Shown here piece after piece: positions 1-12,324 of a stretch of DNA of 64,000 bases; within the stretch, counting starts at the first letter, position 1; each line of letters begins with the position of its first letter. The DNA comes from Tricharina praecox (taxonomy: Eukaryota): NCBI RefSeq assembly GCF_024521635.1, contig NW_026250418.1, forward strand, positions 620,001 through 684,000, written 5' to 3'. Position numbers and translations under genes: made by a program. The notes beneath the pieces are model-generated. The model was not told the origin of the DNA and did no database searches. It was given only the letters and a program-made list of their open reading frames with translations.

Positions 1-863
1 CGACATATCACTACATAATGTGCATTGTGCATTGTGCATGATTTATCACGGTGAGTGCAACTGTTCAAGCTTCAAGCCTCAAGCCTCAAGTGTCAAAAGC
101 TTGTGTCGAAAGCCTCAGGTGTCGAAACGAAAGCTTGTGTCGAAAGCTTGATTCTGGAGACCAGTGAACATGGTGAACAATCTGTACCACCGAGTGGAGC
201 GGCGAGGAGTTCTTCAGCCTTTAGTCTTCAGCCATCGTAGGAGTTGTGCAGCCCCATTCAGTCTTCAGCCTTCAGCCATCGGAACTTTCAATTGACGCTG
301 GGGGGCGGGGGGAGGGGGGACACTGGGCTGCTTGGTGGTTAGTGGGGTAAGTGGGGTAAGTGGTAAGTTAAGGACGGCATCAATTTGTCACCGTCGGATT
401 AAATAGATCCCGTATGTCATGTATGTCATGTATCACACCGCGTGTCAGTGTGAGCCAAGGAGGTGCCAGCAAGGTTACACGGCAGGTAGCGGACTTTATA
501 GTTAGGCTAGTATAGTAGTGTCGTGTCATCCCGATTCCTGAAGACTCATCAACTCCGGCGCCTTGTGGTTATTATGTACCAGGTATAGATTTATCGCCTC
601 GAGGCTCGGACATCCGTTTATCCGCCACATACACATCGCTGCAACTCCGAGTTCCTCACATGGAGGCTGCCTGAGGCGGGCATGAGCTTGCTAGATATTG
701 TGCGGAGATTAGAGTAGGCACTGGGCAGACAGACAGCTCCTCGTGTGTACCATGCATGGATTGTAGGTGTGTAGTTAGCAGCTATAAAACCGCCAGGGCC
801 CCGGGGCCATCGCGAAAGAAAAAAAAAAGCTGAAGAACCATCTCGCACAGCCGCACACTTACC

Positions 864-1676
864 ATGTCGCCATCGAAACTCGAAACCACCTTGTCCAGCG
901 CGGCCCTGGCTACGGGCGAGTCGGAACCACTTCTGCCCGCCACCGCCGCTGCCGCTGCCGCCTCCCGTCCGCCATTCACATACACGCTGCGGCCGGCGAC
1001 CCTCGCCGACGTCCCGAGCATGGCCTCCCTCGCCGCATGCGCCTACCTCTCCTCCAGCTTCAGCGACTTCCTGTCCCCGGGGCGGTTCGCATACATCAGC
1101 GAGCACGCGTACGGGTACACGCAGCGGGTACGGTACCGGATGCTGTCTCCACGCTGCGTCTCGATCATAGCCGTGTCCTCCTCCGGGCTGCCGGTGGGGT
1201 ACGCGCAGTTCGTGCGGCACGGCGAGGACGCCGCCGCGAAGGAGGTGCATAGAAACGGCAATACCTGGGCGTTCCAGCTAAAGAGGGCCTGGCTGTATGC
1301 GAGATTCGCGTGGGATTATATCACCTTCACCGATAGGAGTATGGATCAGAAGGCACTGAAGGTCATGATGGCCCATGGAGATATGTGGAAGGGAGAGCAG
1401 CCGAATAGGTGGCATGCCCAGAGCGTCGTCGTTAGTCCTGGACATCAGAGGAGGGGCATTGGAAAGGCGCTCATGCGGGGAATGATGGAGAGGGCGGGGT
1501 CGGAGGGTGTCCCGCTCGGCCTCGAGGCGAGTCCGGACGGGGAGTTGTTGTATACTAAGCTCGGGTTCGAGCTGAAGAGGAGGTTTGAGATTGACTTTGA
1601 GGGCTTGGGGAAGGAGATTGAGGAGGATAGGGGCGGGTTGATGATTTATTACCCGCCTGGGTGCGAGAGGGAATAA
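864..1676 (+). CDS. GNAT family N-acetyltransferase (270 aa, single exon)
   Basis: N-terminal LRPATLADVP; acetyl-CoA motif A VVVSPGHQRRGIGKALM; C-terminal LEASPDGELLYTKLGF, typical of fungal GNATs. Confidence 0.9.
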   Translation: MSPSKLETTLSSAALATGESEPLLPATAAAAAASRPPFTYTLRPATLADVPSMASLAACAYLSSSFSDFLSPGRFAYISEHAYGYTQRVRYRMLSPRCVSIIAVSSSGLPVGYAQFVRHGEDAAAKEVHRNGNTWAFQLKRAWLYARFAWDYITFTDRSMDQKALKVMMAHGDMWKGEQPNRWHAQSVVVSPGHQRRGIGKALMRGMMERAGSEGVPLGLEASPDGELLYTKLGFELKRRFEIDFEGLGKEIEEDRGGLMIYYPPGCERE

Positions 1677-2053
1677 GAGGTGTGGGTTGGTGTATGTAGA
1701 GTACATACGATGGCGAAAGGACGTCCGCGAGCTCCGTCAGTTGTCAATGGGTGCTCACGATGGAGGAGGGGAAGGAGGGCTGTATTGAGCATATACGGTA
1801 CCATATTCACATATCGAGTCTCATGGTGGTAGTTTAGTTAATGAATACCAAGAATCCGATCGATATATGCGCACAGTTCATGTTCATGTGGGATCTCGAT
1901 GGCGGGGGGACGGGAGCTGCCGTAGCGCGGCAGGGATCGTGGACACTGGACAGAGCTCAATGCAAGCGCCTGTACCTCATCAACCTCACCTGTAACTGCT
2001 CTACTAGTATTGTACATCCAACCCACGCAGCATTGCAGCATCGCAGCGTAGCC

Positions 2054-3740
2054 ATGAAGTCGACCGCCGGGTGGTTGTGGACGAGTATCCTTTTCACTAT
2101 CACCACCGCTCTGGACACCGGCATCACCTATCCCAACAACACGCCTCCAAAAGGTGTCGATGTATGGTGCGGAAAGGCGTACAGGGCTACCGACAGTATG
2201 TACCTACGTACGCCATGATGATGGGGGACATAATGGCTAACTGCTGCGGTACAGAAGCATTCACCAGCCTCGTCGAAGCTGGTTGGCAACACCCTCCACC
2301 GCCCTCGAAAGAACCATTGCTGGAGTTGACTTGCCGCCCGCGGTTGAAGCCGTACGTAAAGGGCCTCTCGCCTCGGCCAGGGGTACTGTTCGATGCGAAG
2401 GTACACACTCCATTCCTCCAATTGTCCGTGACCTCGGTTGATGGCCTGGTCGAACGATAGCTATCCCACGACATCGGTAGTCCATTCGTCAATGCGACCC
2501 CTCCACAACGGATCTGGGTGAGCGCGTGGATCGGGTCCATATCACTCGGCGGGGGATATATGGACCTCGGCGGGCAGCTAGAGATACAATTCGCTGGGCT
2601 TGAAGAGCTCTCCACCCGAATGGAGGCGTATACCGTCGACTGCGAGGCGGCTGTGGGGCCAGCCGAAGCGCCGTTTGCAAGTGCGACCGCAGAGCTGTTC
2701 TGGCTGCCGCCGAATCCGTATGGTGGCTCCACGGTGCAGTTGGATACTAAGACGGATGAGCTGGTGTCAGCTTCTTTTCGTGGGCACAAGATCTTTCCGA
2801 TCGGGTATTACACGGGCTGGGGGAATTACCTGGCTGGCAACTGGAGTGATCTGGGGCATATCAAGAAGGCGGGCTTCACGATGGTGCATCCGATTCCCGG
2901 GGGCGGGCCTGCGAGTGTGGCTTGGGGCGAAGAGTCCGGCAGCTTGGAGAGGTTTCGCGAGTTTATGGATAAGGCACACGAGGTCGGTCTGTGGGTAATG
3001 TATGATATGCGCCATACATTTGCGTCCGCCGAGGAGCTGGAGGTACAGGTAAAGATGTTTCGGGGGCATCCGGCACTGCTGCTTTGGTATACTGCGGATG
3101 TGGGTGGTGGCCATTCCGTTCGCTGTGTGTAGATAAGGTGCTGACTGATGCCGAACAGGAACCAGATGGTCACAATAACCCAACCGATTCGACGCTTCTC
3201 GCGTACAACACCATCAGCGCCCTCGACGGCTACCACCCAATATCCTTCACCCCCAACTGCCAAAACTACTTCTTCACACAGTACGCGTCCGGCGCTGACA
3301 TAGTGATACCGGACGTCTATCCTGTGGGGCTGAACCCAACCTTCTCCAACGTGTACAACACTCCCTGCAACCGCACCTATGGTTGCTGCGGCTGCGATAA
3401 CTGTGCGGCTACACTGCAGGACCTTGGCACTCGAATTCTCGAGATGAAGGAGTACGCACGGTGTTCAGGAACGCACAAGACCTTTTGGGGCGTGGCTCAG
3501 GCCTTTGGGAATTCCGAGTTTTGGACGCGCATGCCTACCAAGGCTGAGATGGTTGAAATGAGTCGCGACGCCGTTGTCCGTGCGGGTGCGAAGGGACTGT
3601 TGTATTGGAGTGCGCCGACCACCCGCGAGATTTGGGAGGGCACGGCGGATGTGGCCAAGTGGATGAATGGCTACGCGGCGGAACCCGTCATCAGGATGGA
3701 GGAGGTGGGAGGGAAAGAGACAATCAAGAGTGAGCTGTAG
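2054..3740 (+). CDS. Secreted glycoside-hydrolase-like (TIM-barrel) protein of a conserved uncharacterised fungal family; 4 exons
   Basis: Signal peptide MKSTAGWLWTSILFTITTA. Predicted introns 2196-2254, 2401-2460 and 3100-3158 join the ORFs in frame. Motifs WCGKAY, FPIGYYT, VMYDMRH, LLLWYTAD|EPDG (NEP/DEP-like acid-base motif), DVYPVG and Cys-rich CNRTYGCCGCDNC. Confidence 0.75.
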
Positions 3741-4692
3741 GATGGCTTTACTTGGAGAAGCGTTGTTCTTATGCCTATTTTTGCGGAAGTCGTGTGGTGG
3801 ACTTTAATGCGTCTTTCTTTTGTCCCGCGCGTCAGAGCTGTTGAGCGGGAGTAAAGCCGGGGAGAGGACGGGAGGTGACACTGTGACGGTGTCCATCACT
3901 CTAGCTAGTCGTGGAAAACAAGTCATCGGACGGATGTCGTGCTTTCACAGTTCTCTCCTGGGACTGACCGATACATCCCGAGCTGTCACCTGTGTCCCAC
4001 TAGTTAGCGGGATATTCAGGCAACCGGCAACCCCACAGCAGATCACTACTTCCGACAGCTTACTCTCACCAGACCGACGGTCCGAAAACCTTGGACTCGG
4101 AAGGATGTAAATTGACGTTAACCTATCCCTTTGATTGTTTCCAGTGCCCCGAGCTACGGCACGGGGGGTGGAGAGACAGGCGGGTGGAGGCAACTAGTGT
4201 GTAGGTTATGATGTCGGGCTGATGACAAGTGGTATGGTGAGGCGACTGTGCGGCCGACTAAGAGCTCCCTCGCCGCCGCCGCACCACCTATGCCCGCACC
4301 ACAAGCCAGCCTTCTTCAGCCGGCTGATGGGAGGTTACTTGCAAGTAACCAGATTCGGACTACCCCCTGTGTCCCCCACTCGCCCCCCGTTGCCTTGAAA
4401 TATTTTTGACAAGGGAAGGGTTCGGGTTCCTTCCTGCCTGCGGGGCAGGCTCTGGAGTAGATTTTAATAATGCCTTGCCAGTCGTGTACCTACGTGTATA
4501 TGACGGAGCCCGAGGTGAGCTTCGTAGCAACAGGTACCCACACTCGCCTGATTATAGCCTAACGTAGCCCATTTGCCATCCGCCGTCCATCTTCCGCTCG
4601 GCTTCCTCTCCCCTCCCCCCCCCCCCCTCCCCCCTCCCCCTCCCACATACCTTTGACCTTTGACTCGCGACAATGAATGCGAACGTCCACCA

Positions 4693-7638
4693 ATGTCTCA
4701 ACATTACTATATGTCAATGTCGCCCAGCAAGTTGCATCAAATGCCCGCGACGCTTGTCCTGGGCGTGTCGATAATGCTGTGCACGCTGTCGAGTACGGCT
4801 GTCGCCCTCAGATTCATCTCCCGCCGCTACATACACCGCGGGGTCTCGGTTTCGGATTGGTTGATTCTCGTTGCGTTGGTGGGCACTCCTTAGACGGCAG
4901 TGAGGTACGGGGGGAGGAGGGGCGGTGTTTGGAAGGCATTGGTGTTGATGTTAATGGGGATATAGATTCTGGCGGTTTCTTTTTCAGTGGCGTTAATAGT
5001 AGGCACCAAATCTATGAATCCGAGGGCGAGGAGAATAGTGAGCCCAACTCCCCATTCACATTCGAAGGCAGCAGTGGATGCTGATATTTTTTCTACCAGT
5101 GCAGGTTCATCTATACTTTCCTCTTTGTATGATCTCTTTTTTTCTCCTCTGGTTCTGCCTATTCGCACCGGTGTAAACGGCTGATTCTTCCAGAATCCCA
5201 CAGCAGCAATGATAAAGAACTCCGTACTCCTCTACTACCAAGATCTCTTCTGGCGGTACCGTGCAGTGCACTGGATCGCGTGGGGGGTGTTAATAGTGGT
5301 CAACATCAGTGCCTTCACTGTATCGGTCGTGGTGTTACTACAATGCAAGCCCGTATATATCCCTATTCTCATCTCACCTCCAAAAAACCTCCCATGTTGA
5401 CTGGGTATGGGAAAGTTCTGGGTGGTGTTTGCGACGAGAGCACAAGACCGCCTTCCCCGGGGCTGGAAGTGCATCGATACCGTGAAACTGGTGTATGCGG
5501 CCGCCCCGCTCAATATCTGTACAGACTTTGCCCTGATCCTCATACCAATGCCCATATTGGCTTCGCTGCAGCTCCCCAGGAGACAGAAGATCACGCTGAT
5601 GCTGTTGTTTGGGCTGATTGGATTGTATGCCCTCTTCCCCACTTCCCCACTTTCGTTCTTCTGGGTCAGGAGGCGAGGGCTGATATCTGGCTGGCTGGCT
5701 GGGGAGTGGTATAGTACGGCGATCCTCGAAGTGATCCGCGCCTACTACTTCCAGAAAGCAAATCAAACCACAGAGTTTGGCCGAGAGGACGCTATCTCCT
5801 TCCTCTGGGCATCGATAACCGTTCACGTGGGCATCGTGGCCGTGTCCGCACCGATGGTGAAGCCGCTATTTACGCGGTGGAAACGGCTATTCGAGCTTGT
5901 CGTACATTATGTGAGCTCGAAACGATACAGAAGCTCTGAGGAAACGACGCCGGAGATTTTGCACCACAGGCTGTCGCACGAAGCTGGCGGGGATGATGGA
6001 CAGCTGGTCCGCGGGTCGCTGACGAGCGGCGGGCTGAGGCCCGATCTCGATATTGAGGATTATAGGGATATCAAGAAGGCGTGGCCGTTTTTGCCGTTAC
6101 TTTCAGGGCCGTTTTGTAGGTTCCCCAGACGAGTGGTGCGAGGGATGCTGATGGATTAGTCATGTGGGGGATTACGTTCATTCTCATCGCTGTTATTCAA
6201 AAGAAGCTGGAGGCGATAGGCGTGGCTACCGATACTCGGTCGCTGGGATTGCATATAGCATACTACGGGTGAGATACCTTTCCCGGTGCACTCCATGGTG
6301 GTGGTGGTGGTGGTGGTGGTGGTGGTGGTGCTCATAGGTATGCACAGATCCCACAGCATATCTGCCCTCACCCTCGGTGGCTGGATCTTCCGTAGTTACG
6401 GCTTCAAAATGGCCATCTCGATTGGCCTCTTCCTCTACGGTATGGGAAGCATGTGCTTCTGGCCCAGCTCCATCCAAGAATCGTACCCAGGCATGGTAAT
6501 TAGCATGGTGGTGGTAGGCGCCGGCAGCGGGTCGATGGAGATCGCAGCCAATGTTTTCGGCATCCTCCTCGGACCGCAAGAATACGCCGAGATCCGCCTT
6601 AACATCCTACAAGGCTTCCAAGCTGTCGGCGGCCTACTCGCAATCCTAACCGAAACTACCGTAGTGTACGAAAGCATCGGCGGAATGACCTACTCGACTC
6701 TGGTGGACGTACAATGGATCCTCCTCGCCTGCGGAATCGCCGCGTTTATCCTCGCGGGCGTGTTCCTCTGCGTGAACCTCCCCGAGCTTCGTGGCCTAGA
6801 CCCTCCCAACACCTTCTATGCCTCGACCAAAAACATTTACACCTCCTCCTTCGGCCCGGGCTTCGCTCTGTCCGTGTTTACACTCTTCTGGTACGTCGGC
6901 GGTCAAGAAATTACCACCCTCTATGCCCGCGGCTTCCTGGTCGAAAACCCGCACACGAACGTTCACGAAGCCCTCGGGATCGAAAAGTCCGCGCAAGCGC
7001 TCTTCGCAGCGGGGCGCTTCATCGCCGCAGCAATAATGCTGATCATCCGGCCGCGGTTCCTGCTGCTAGCATTCACGCTCGGACTGATCGTGACCGCAGC
7101 GATCGGCATGGCGGGGCGGCACCCGACACACGACGGGATATGGCTGCTGCTGAACTCATTCTTCCAGGGAATGGCGTACCCGACAATAATCGCAATGGCC
7201 ATACGCGGGCTAGCAAAGGGCGACATCAAGGCCGCCAGCATATGGCTCGTCAGCTCGCAGCTCGGCGCCGCCGCTGTCCCCTGCATCTTCCACGCCGTCA
7301 AGATCACCCGCGGCTCCGTCTACGCGCTGTCCGTGGTCGTGGCAGCGTTCGCCGTCATGCTCCCGCTGCCGGTATACCTTATGGTCAGGAATAATGAGCG
7401 AGAAAGGACTAGACGCGTCGATGAGTGCCAGTTGACGGCGAAGGGCTGTGGTTGTGCCGATGGCTGTAAGAGTGGGTGTGCGGCGGCAAACGCGGTGCTC
7501 AGAACTTGTGCCGAGAATGTTAGGCGGCGCAGTGGGCATGGCGCCCCCGGCTTCCTCAAGACGCGCGAAGATGATGTTAGGAGGAGAAGTGGTGGGAGTG
7601 AGGCGGGCATGGTGGAGGCCGGGATGGGGTTTCCTTGA
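4693..7638 (+). CDS. Fusion protein: PTH11-like/fungal rhodopsin-domain 7-TM region + FucP/glucose-galactose-type MFS transporter (~817 aa, 8 exons)
   Basis: Predicted exons 4693-4878, 4966-5037, 5100-5126, 5194-5352, 5416-5624, 5715-6115, 6160-6268 and 6348-7638 total 2454 nt, open to the TGA at 7636-7638. Rhodopsin-domain motifs: VALRFISRR..SDWLILVA, NPTAAMIKNSVLLYY, LQCKP, NICTDFALILIPMP..LQLPRRQK. FucP motifs: PFFMWG, SLGLHIAYYG, RSYGFKMAISIGLFLYG, MEIAANVF, RLNILQGFQAVG, FWYVGGQE, GRF. Confidence 0.8.
6296..6330. repeat. (TGG/GTG)n microsatellite inside predicted intron 6269-6347
   Basis: About 11-12 perfect triplets; they produce the spurious poly-V/poly-H/poly-T ORF translations. Confidence 0.9.
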
Positions 7639-7933
7639 TGTTCATGGTGGTATCACTCGTGCTGGGTTTTTGGAACGGGCTTAGAAAGGTGTTATGTATT
7701 ATCAATTTAATGAGTACGTCGTCATATCATACGGTTATAGTCTTGTTTCTCACAAAGGCCGAATATGAGTATGATGAAACGAAAATACAAAAAACAAATG
7801 TATTAACCATTCCATCTATAGTAGAGATGGTCTCAGAAGTAAAGCGACCCATTCGCCTTGTGCTATCTAATTAATCATGTAAAGTACATTGCGGCCATGG
7901 CTAGGACCTTCTAAAGCTTTTATTGAGTTGCGA

Positions 7934-10319
7934 TCAAATCTCCTCCGAAGCTTTTCCCTCATCCGCGCGCTTCAGCTTCACCCGGCCCTTGTCGTCGATA
8001 AACGGCTCGTAGCCATGTTTATCAAGCACCTCGCTGGGCACAACTTCCCTAGCGTTGAGCTCCTCGACGATCGCCTGGTTCTCCTTGTTACCCTGCAACA
8101 GAGCGCGAAGACACAGGATGGCGTGTTCACGGATATCTGTCAAAATCTATCAGTATGGCCACACACTCAAATGGGGAAATGATACGCACAAGGGTTGTCA
8201 TCATCGATCTTGCACTGGTTCAGGACAACCGGCAATCCCGCCTTCTCCCTGACCAGGTCCTGAACCTCACGATTCTGCCAGGCAAGTGTGCTGATGAGGA
8301 TTACGATGAAGCGCTTGATATTCGGCCAAGTGAACTCGTCTGGTTCAACCAGCTCCCTATCGTTATCATCATCGTCTGCCTCACCATCCGATTCTTCCTC
8401 ACCTTCTGCATCATCCTCGCCACTGCCGCCGATATCGAACGGACGTTCCACCAGATGCTTCGCCTCCTGCTTCTTGGGGGGTTCCTCCTTCTTTGGCGCT
8501 TCGGCGGTCGCGGGAGGGGAGGGCTTGTTTGGCTTTGTGGCAAGGTAGCGCGGGATGGCTTGGTCCAGCTCGCCCAGTAGACGGACCAGATCGGCGACCA
8601 GTCCCTTCTCGTGCGTGGAGAGCGTCTTCTTTGCCTCTTCGTCCTCCGAGAAGAGGACAAACAGCTCTAGGAATTGATACAGGCCTTCATAAATCCTGTC
8701 CAGGTCCCACAAGCTGAGCTCGAACGACTCCTTGCTCTCCTTTCCGGTGCGGATTGCGCCCTGCAACTGAATGATCTTGATGACGGGGTTCACTACCTGC
8801 TTCCGGAAGGTGTTGACGAAGAAAGTGGGAATTGCACTCTCGATAACGGGTGGGATATCGGCAGCTTCCTCATCACTTCCGGGACGAACGTTGGTAGCAG
8901 CAACTTCAATGGCGATGGTGGCGGCGTCTTTCGGTGGCTCAGTATGAACGGGAAAGCCCATAGTGGAAGGCGACTGCATTGCCGGTATTGGCGAGCCGCG
9001 GGGCCATTCTCCCTGGTTATGCTGAGGAAGACCGTTTTGTGGTCGGTAGACAGAAACCAAAAGTTTCAAGAGAACCGATTGAGCTGGGGTGACAATGTCC
9101 TTGTCGTCCCGAAAGCACTCGTACGCATATGGGATCAGTCCATTGAGAAGGATAGCCTCCACAATCTGTCCCAGCACGCGGAAGCAGAAGTCTTCTTCAT
9201 CCACCTCCCAAGCACCCAAGAACACCAGGACTTCGCGCAAAAGACTGCGTCCGTATCCCTGCGCCAGCATCAACTTGCATCTAACCGACTGCATGGCTTC
9301 ATCCGATCCATCGAACGCCACAATCCCGCTCTGCAGGATCATGAGTAATGGCTCAATCTCGTCGGGCTGCAGAAGCCGGGGCACATCGGTAAGAAAGCCA
9401 GGTTTGTAGTACTTGGCGTTGAACCCAGCCGATAGCGAGTTGCACTTAGCAGCCGTTTCATTGTGGTGAGCAACAGTACCACCGACAAATCCGACACCGA
9501 CGCCGGAACCGGGTGATGGTTGGGGTTTGGTGGATTTTCGAGCTTTGCTCTTGCTGGTGGCCTTGGCTATCAACGGGGAAGGGCCGGTGGTGTGGATCGA
9601 GGAAGGTGTGCCGAACAGGTGCAGCCAGATGTGAAGCTTCCTGGTTTCATTGCAGGTCATGAGGTTATTGAAGAATTGCAATGCCGTAATCATCACCTTC
9701 TTGTCTGTGGTAGCAATGTCAGCAACTTCCGGGAGTGAGAACCAATGGGGCTAGGAATGCATACATCCTCCCTTCATCTGCAATTCTTTGTCGTGGGTCG
9801 GCTTGTCTAAGTTTGGTAGAATCGGTTTGCTCGCTTTTTCGACACAGATTGAAAGAAGCCGCCGGATCTCTGCATCGAATCCCTGCTCTCTGCACCATTC
9901 TCAGTCAACTGTAAATACACCGTGACGGGGTATGGAGCTCATACGCTGCGAGGTTTTGGGCCCGCTCCTTCGCCGCAAGCAAATTGCGTGCCAGTAAAAC
10001 CAAGTCCCAGACTTTCGGTAGCAGGTGGTGTTTGTTCAATGTGAGCTGGTCGTTTCCAGCCAGCAAGGTCTCAGTCATGGCTTTCCACACTCGCTCCGAG
10101 AACCCCAGAATTTCCCTACCACATTTAGCATGCCCCGCACATTCAGGAGAAATTGACCATCGCCTACCTCGCCTCGCGACTCCTCTGTGTCTGCTTGACT
10201 ACATTCTTGAGTTCCGCATCTCCAGTCGATTCGACGGTGGGAATCAGAATGCCGGGATGCGTGAAGCTCGCCTCGACGCCGAAGAGGAGGGTCAGGAGCA
10301 GATCCTCGAGAAGAGCCAT
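7934..10319 (-). CDS. CTR86: Ataxin-10 / Ctr86-like ARM-repeat protein (multi-exon)
   Basis: C-terminal ataxin-10 domain: WPNIKRFIVILISTL..NREVQDLVREKAGLPVVLNQCKIDDDNP|..IREHAILCLRALLQGNKENQ. Upstream exons contain LVLLARNLLAAKERAQNLAA and ALQFFNNLMTCNE. Start at MALLEDLLL is probable, not certain. Confidence 0.85.
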
Positions 10320-10798
10320 GGTTAGATTTGTCGGGATACCGAGACTGCTTGAAGAGAGATTGGCGGAGGCCGCCGGTACGGGGAATGTGGTTGGTTCGTT
10401 CGCTCGTTGATGTAAACTGCAGGGTGTGGGATTTAGTGATGTCAGCTGGGTTCGCACGGTTTGGTGGGGCAGTCTGCTTTGAGTGTCAGGGTAATTAACA
10501 ACGCGCGGATGACAGCTCGCCTAGCTTGTGACGCTTGTGATGCAAAGCTTGGCAGAATCGCGCTTAGTTGCGGCGAATTTGTCCCATCCAATTCGGGAAT
10601 CGTTTCTAGCGGCCATGGTTCTAGACCCAAAGACTTGGCATGTGGCTACAACGAGTGGTCACGTGCTCGTAGGAAAGAAAGGCATGAGTTTCGTGTCAGC
10701 GCCATAACCACCAACCATTCCTACTACCACCATCACCGTATCCGAATAACTTCCACCAAATGTCTTCTTCCGGTATGATTCCCTACACAACATGCGCC

Positions 10799-11874
10799 CT
10801 ATTGGAAGAAGCAACTCATTCTGTCAAACTTTAGTCGCCCGGAGATCTCGGCACGAGTTAAGGTTCGGCGGTGGAAAAGTCTTGACAGCCACGATGGACC
10901 ATCGACAAGTATATAGTTACGCGGCAGCAAACTCTGATGAGCGGCCAACCTAAGGTGGCCTCTCAGTCTTAAATAGAGGTCTTCCCCGTAGACGATAGGT
11001 TCTTCTTCTGTATCGAATAGAATATCATCATCTGTCTACCCGTATATTCCAACACATTCAGTAAGAAAACCAGTTAAGTTGCCGGTGGATCAGTTCGACG
11101 AAGTTTGACCATTGGTGGGCAATGTTTACGCGTTTCGAAAATAAGAGTATACAGTAGAACAGAGCTGCACAAGCCGAGCACAGGGAATTAGAGAAAAGCC
11201 GGAGATCTAGCAGTATCTAACCACGACTCATCAAATGCAGAACCAGCAGCGTCCGCGGTAAAGATCAGTGTTCGGTTACTGTCAAGTTGATGCCTCAACT
11301 CAACGGACTGCATCCTACTGTTACCCTCGAACACAAAACCGAACATTACCTTACCACTGTCACGATTGTGAAACCAGTTGCATCGTGAAAAAGTCAAAGT
11401 TTGTACAGGAGCTGCCCGCCTGGTGAAGTGCAGGATAATGGACGGATCGAGGTAATTCTGGATCTTTGTGTCGTCAAAGTACAACTACGACATACCACCT
11501 ATAGAATACATGAGTTGATGGGGAAACCCAATGGGAGGGCCATCGGCAGCAGCAAGTTACTCGCGCTTGGATGGAGGAGGTTAGGGAAGCTGTTGCACTG
11601 TTGGTAATTTCATGCCCGAAGGAAATTTAGAAATGCACAAATCATGGGAGTTGTAAATATTTTCTTCTGAAATAATTTTACTATGGGACGAGTAATCGCG
11701 AAAGTTATAATTTTCGAAGAGATTGTTTGAAGGACAAGTCACAAGAGTTGGTATGCCGCAGAATCTGCTATGGTTGTGCTGTTCTGGGTGGACGACGGTG
11801 TTGAGTGCACGAAGTACAACAGGGGGCGACGACTCTTCGATAGGCGGCAGCCACACCCACTCGTGTTGTGCCAC
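10799..11874 (-). pseudogene. Possible degenerate multi-exon gene of unknown family
   Basis: Consecutive minus-strand ORF fragments (11581-11874 and 11188-11484 are in the same frame; an ~80-codon open stretch follows at ~10799-11035), interrupted by stops. The region looks lower in GC than flanking genes. No recognisable motif. Confidence 0.25.
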
Positions 11875-12324
11875 ACGCTAAATCGTAGCGTCATGGCCGC
11901 TATGTAGACAAGATTCCGGTGGCATGTTCCAGTGGCGCGTCGCGCAGGGCTGCACATCCCTGTAATTAATCGCTGTCTAGTATCACGTGACCACGCTTGG
12001 AAGCTCTGATTCAAATTGACGTCGACTCTTCCCGGTCTGTTCAGCTCCACCCCACTCTCCCGCTCTCCATTCTCTCTACCCTCTCGACATCATCCCTCGT
12101 CCCCCTCGTAGCATCCAACGCTTCACCTCTCATTCACTCTCCCACGCATCCCCGCTCTCTCTCTAGCAAACTCGAACACTCACACCTCACGTTACCCCAC
12201 TGCTCCCCTCACCTCCGTTAGAAGCTTTCGAATAGCTATAGCTGTCGCAAGGGAACCAAATTCCCTCTTCCTCCTAACCCGGGGTGTTGAGCCGAAACCT
12301 ACAACCGGTTCGGCCGATAGCAGA

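Noticed and set aside
60..285. Short degenerate direct repeats (aagcttgtgtcgaaagc; ttcagcc) resembling a repeat-spacer array
   Set aside because: Irregular slippage-type duplications with no constant repeat/spacer period; eukaryotic context, so not CRISPR.
6156..6579. ORFs with poly-His / poly-Thr / poly-Val tracts
   Set aside because: Translations of an intronic (GTG)n microsatellite.
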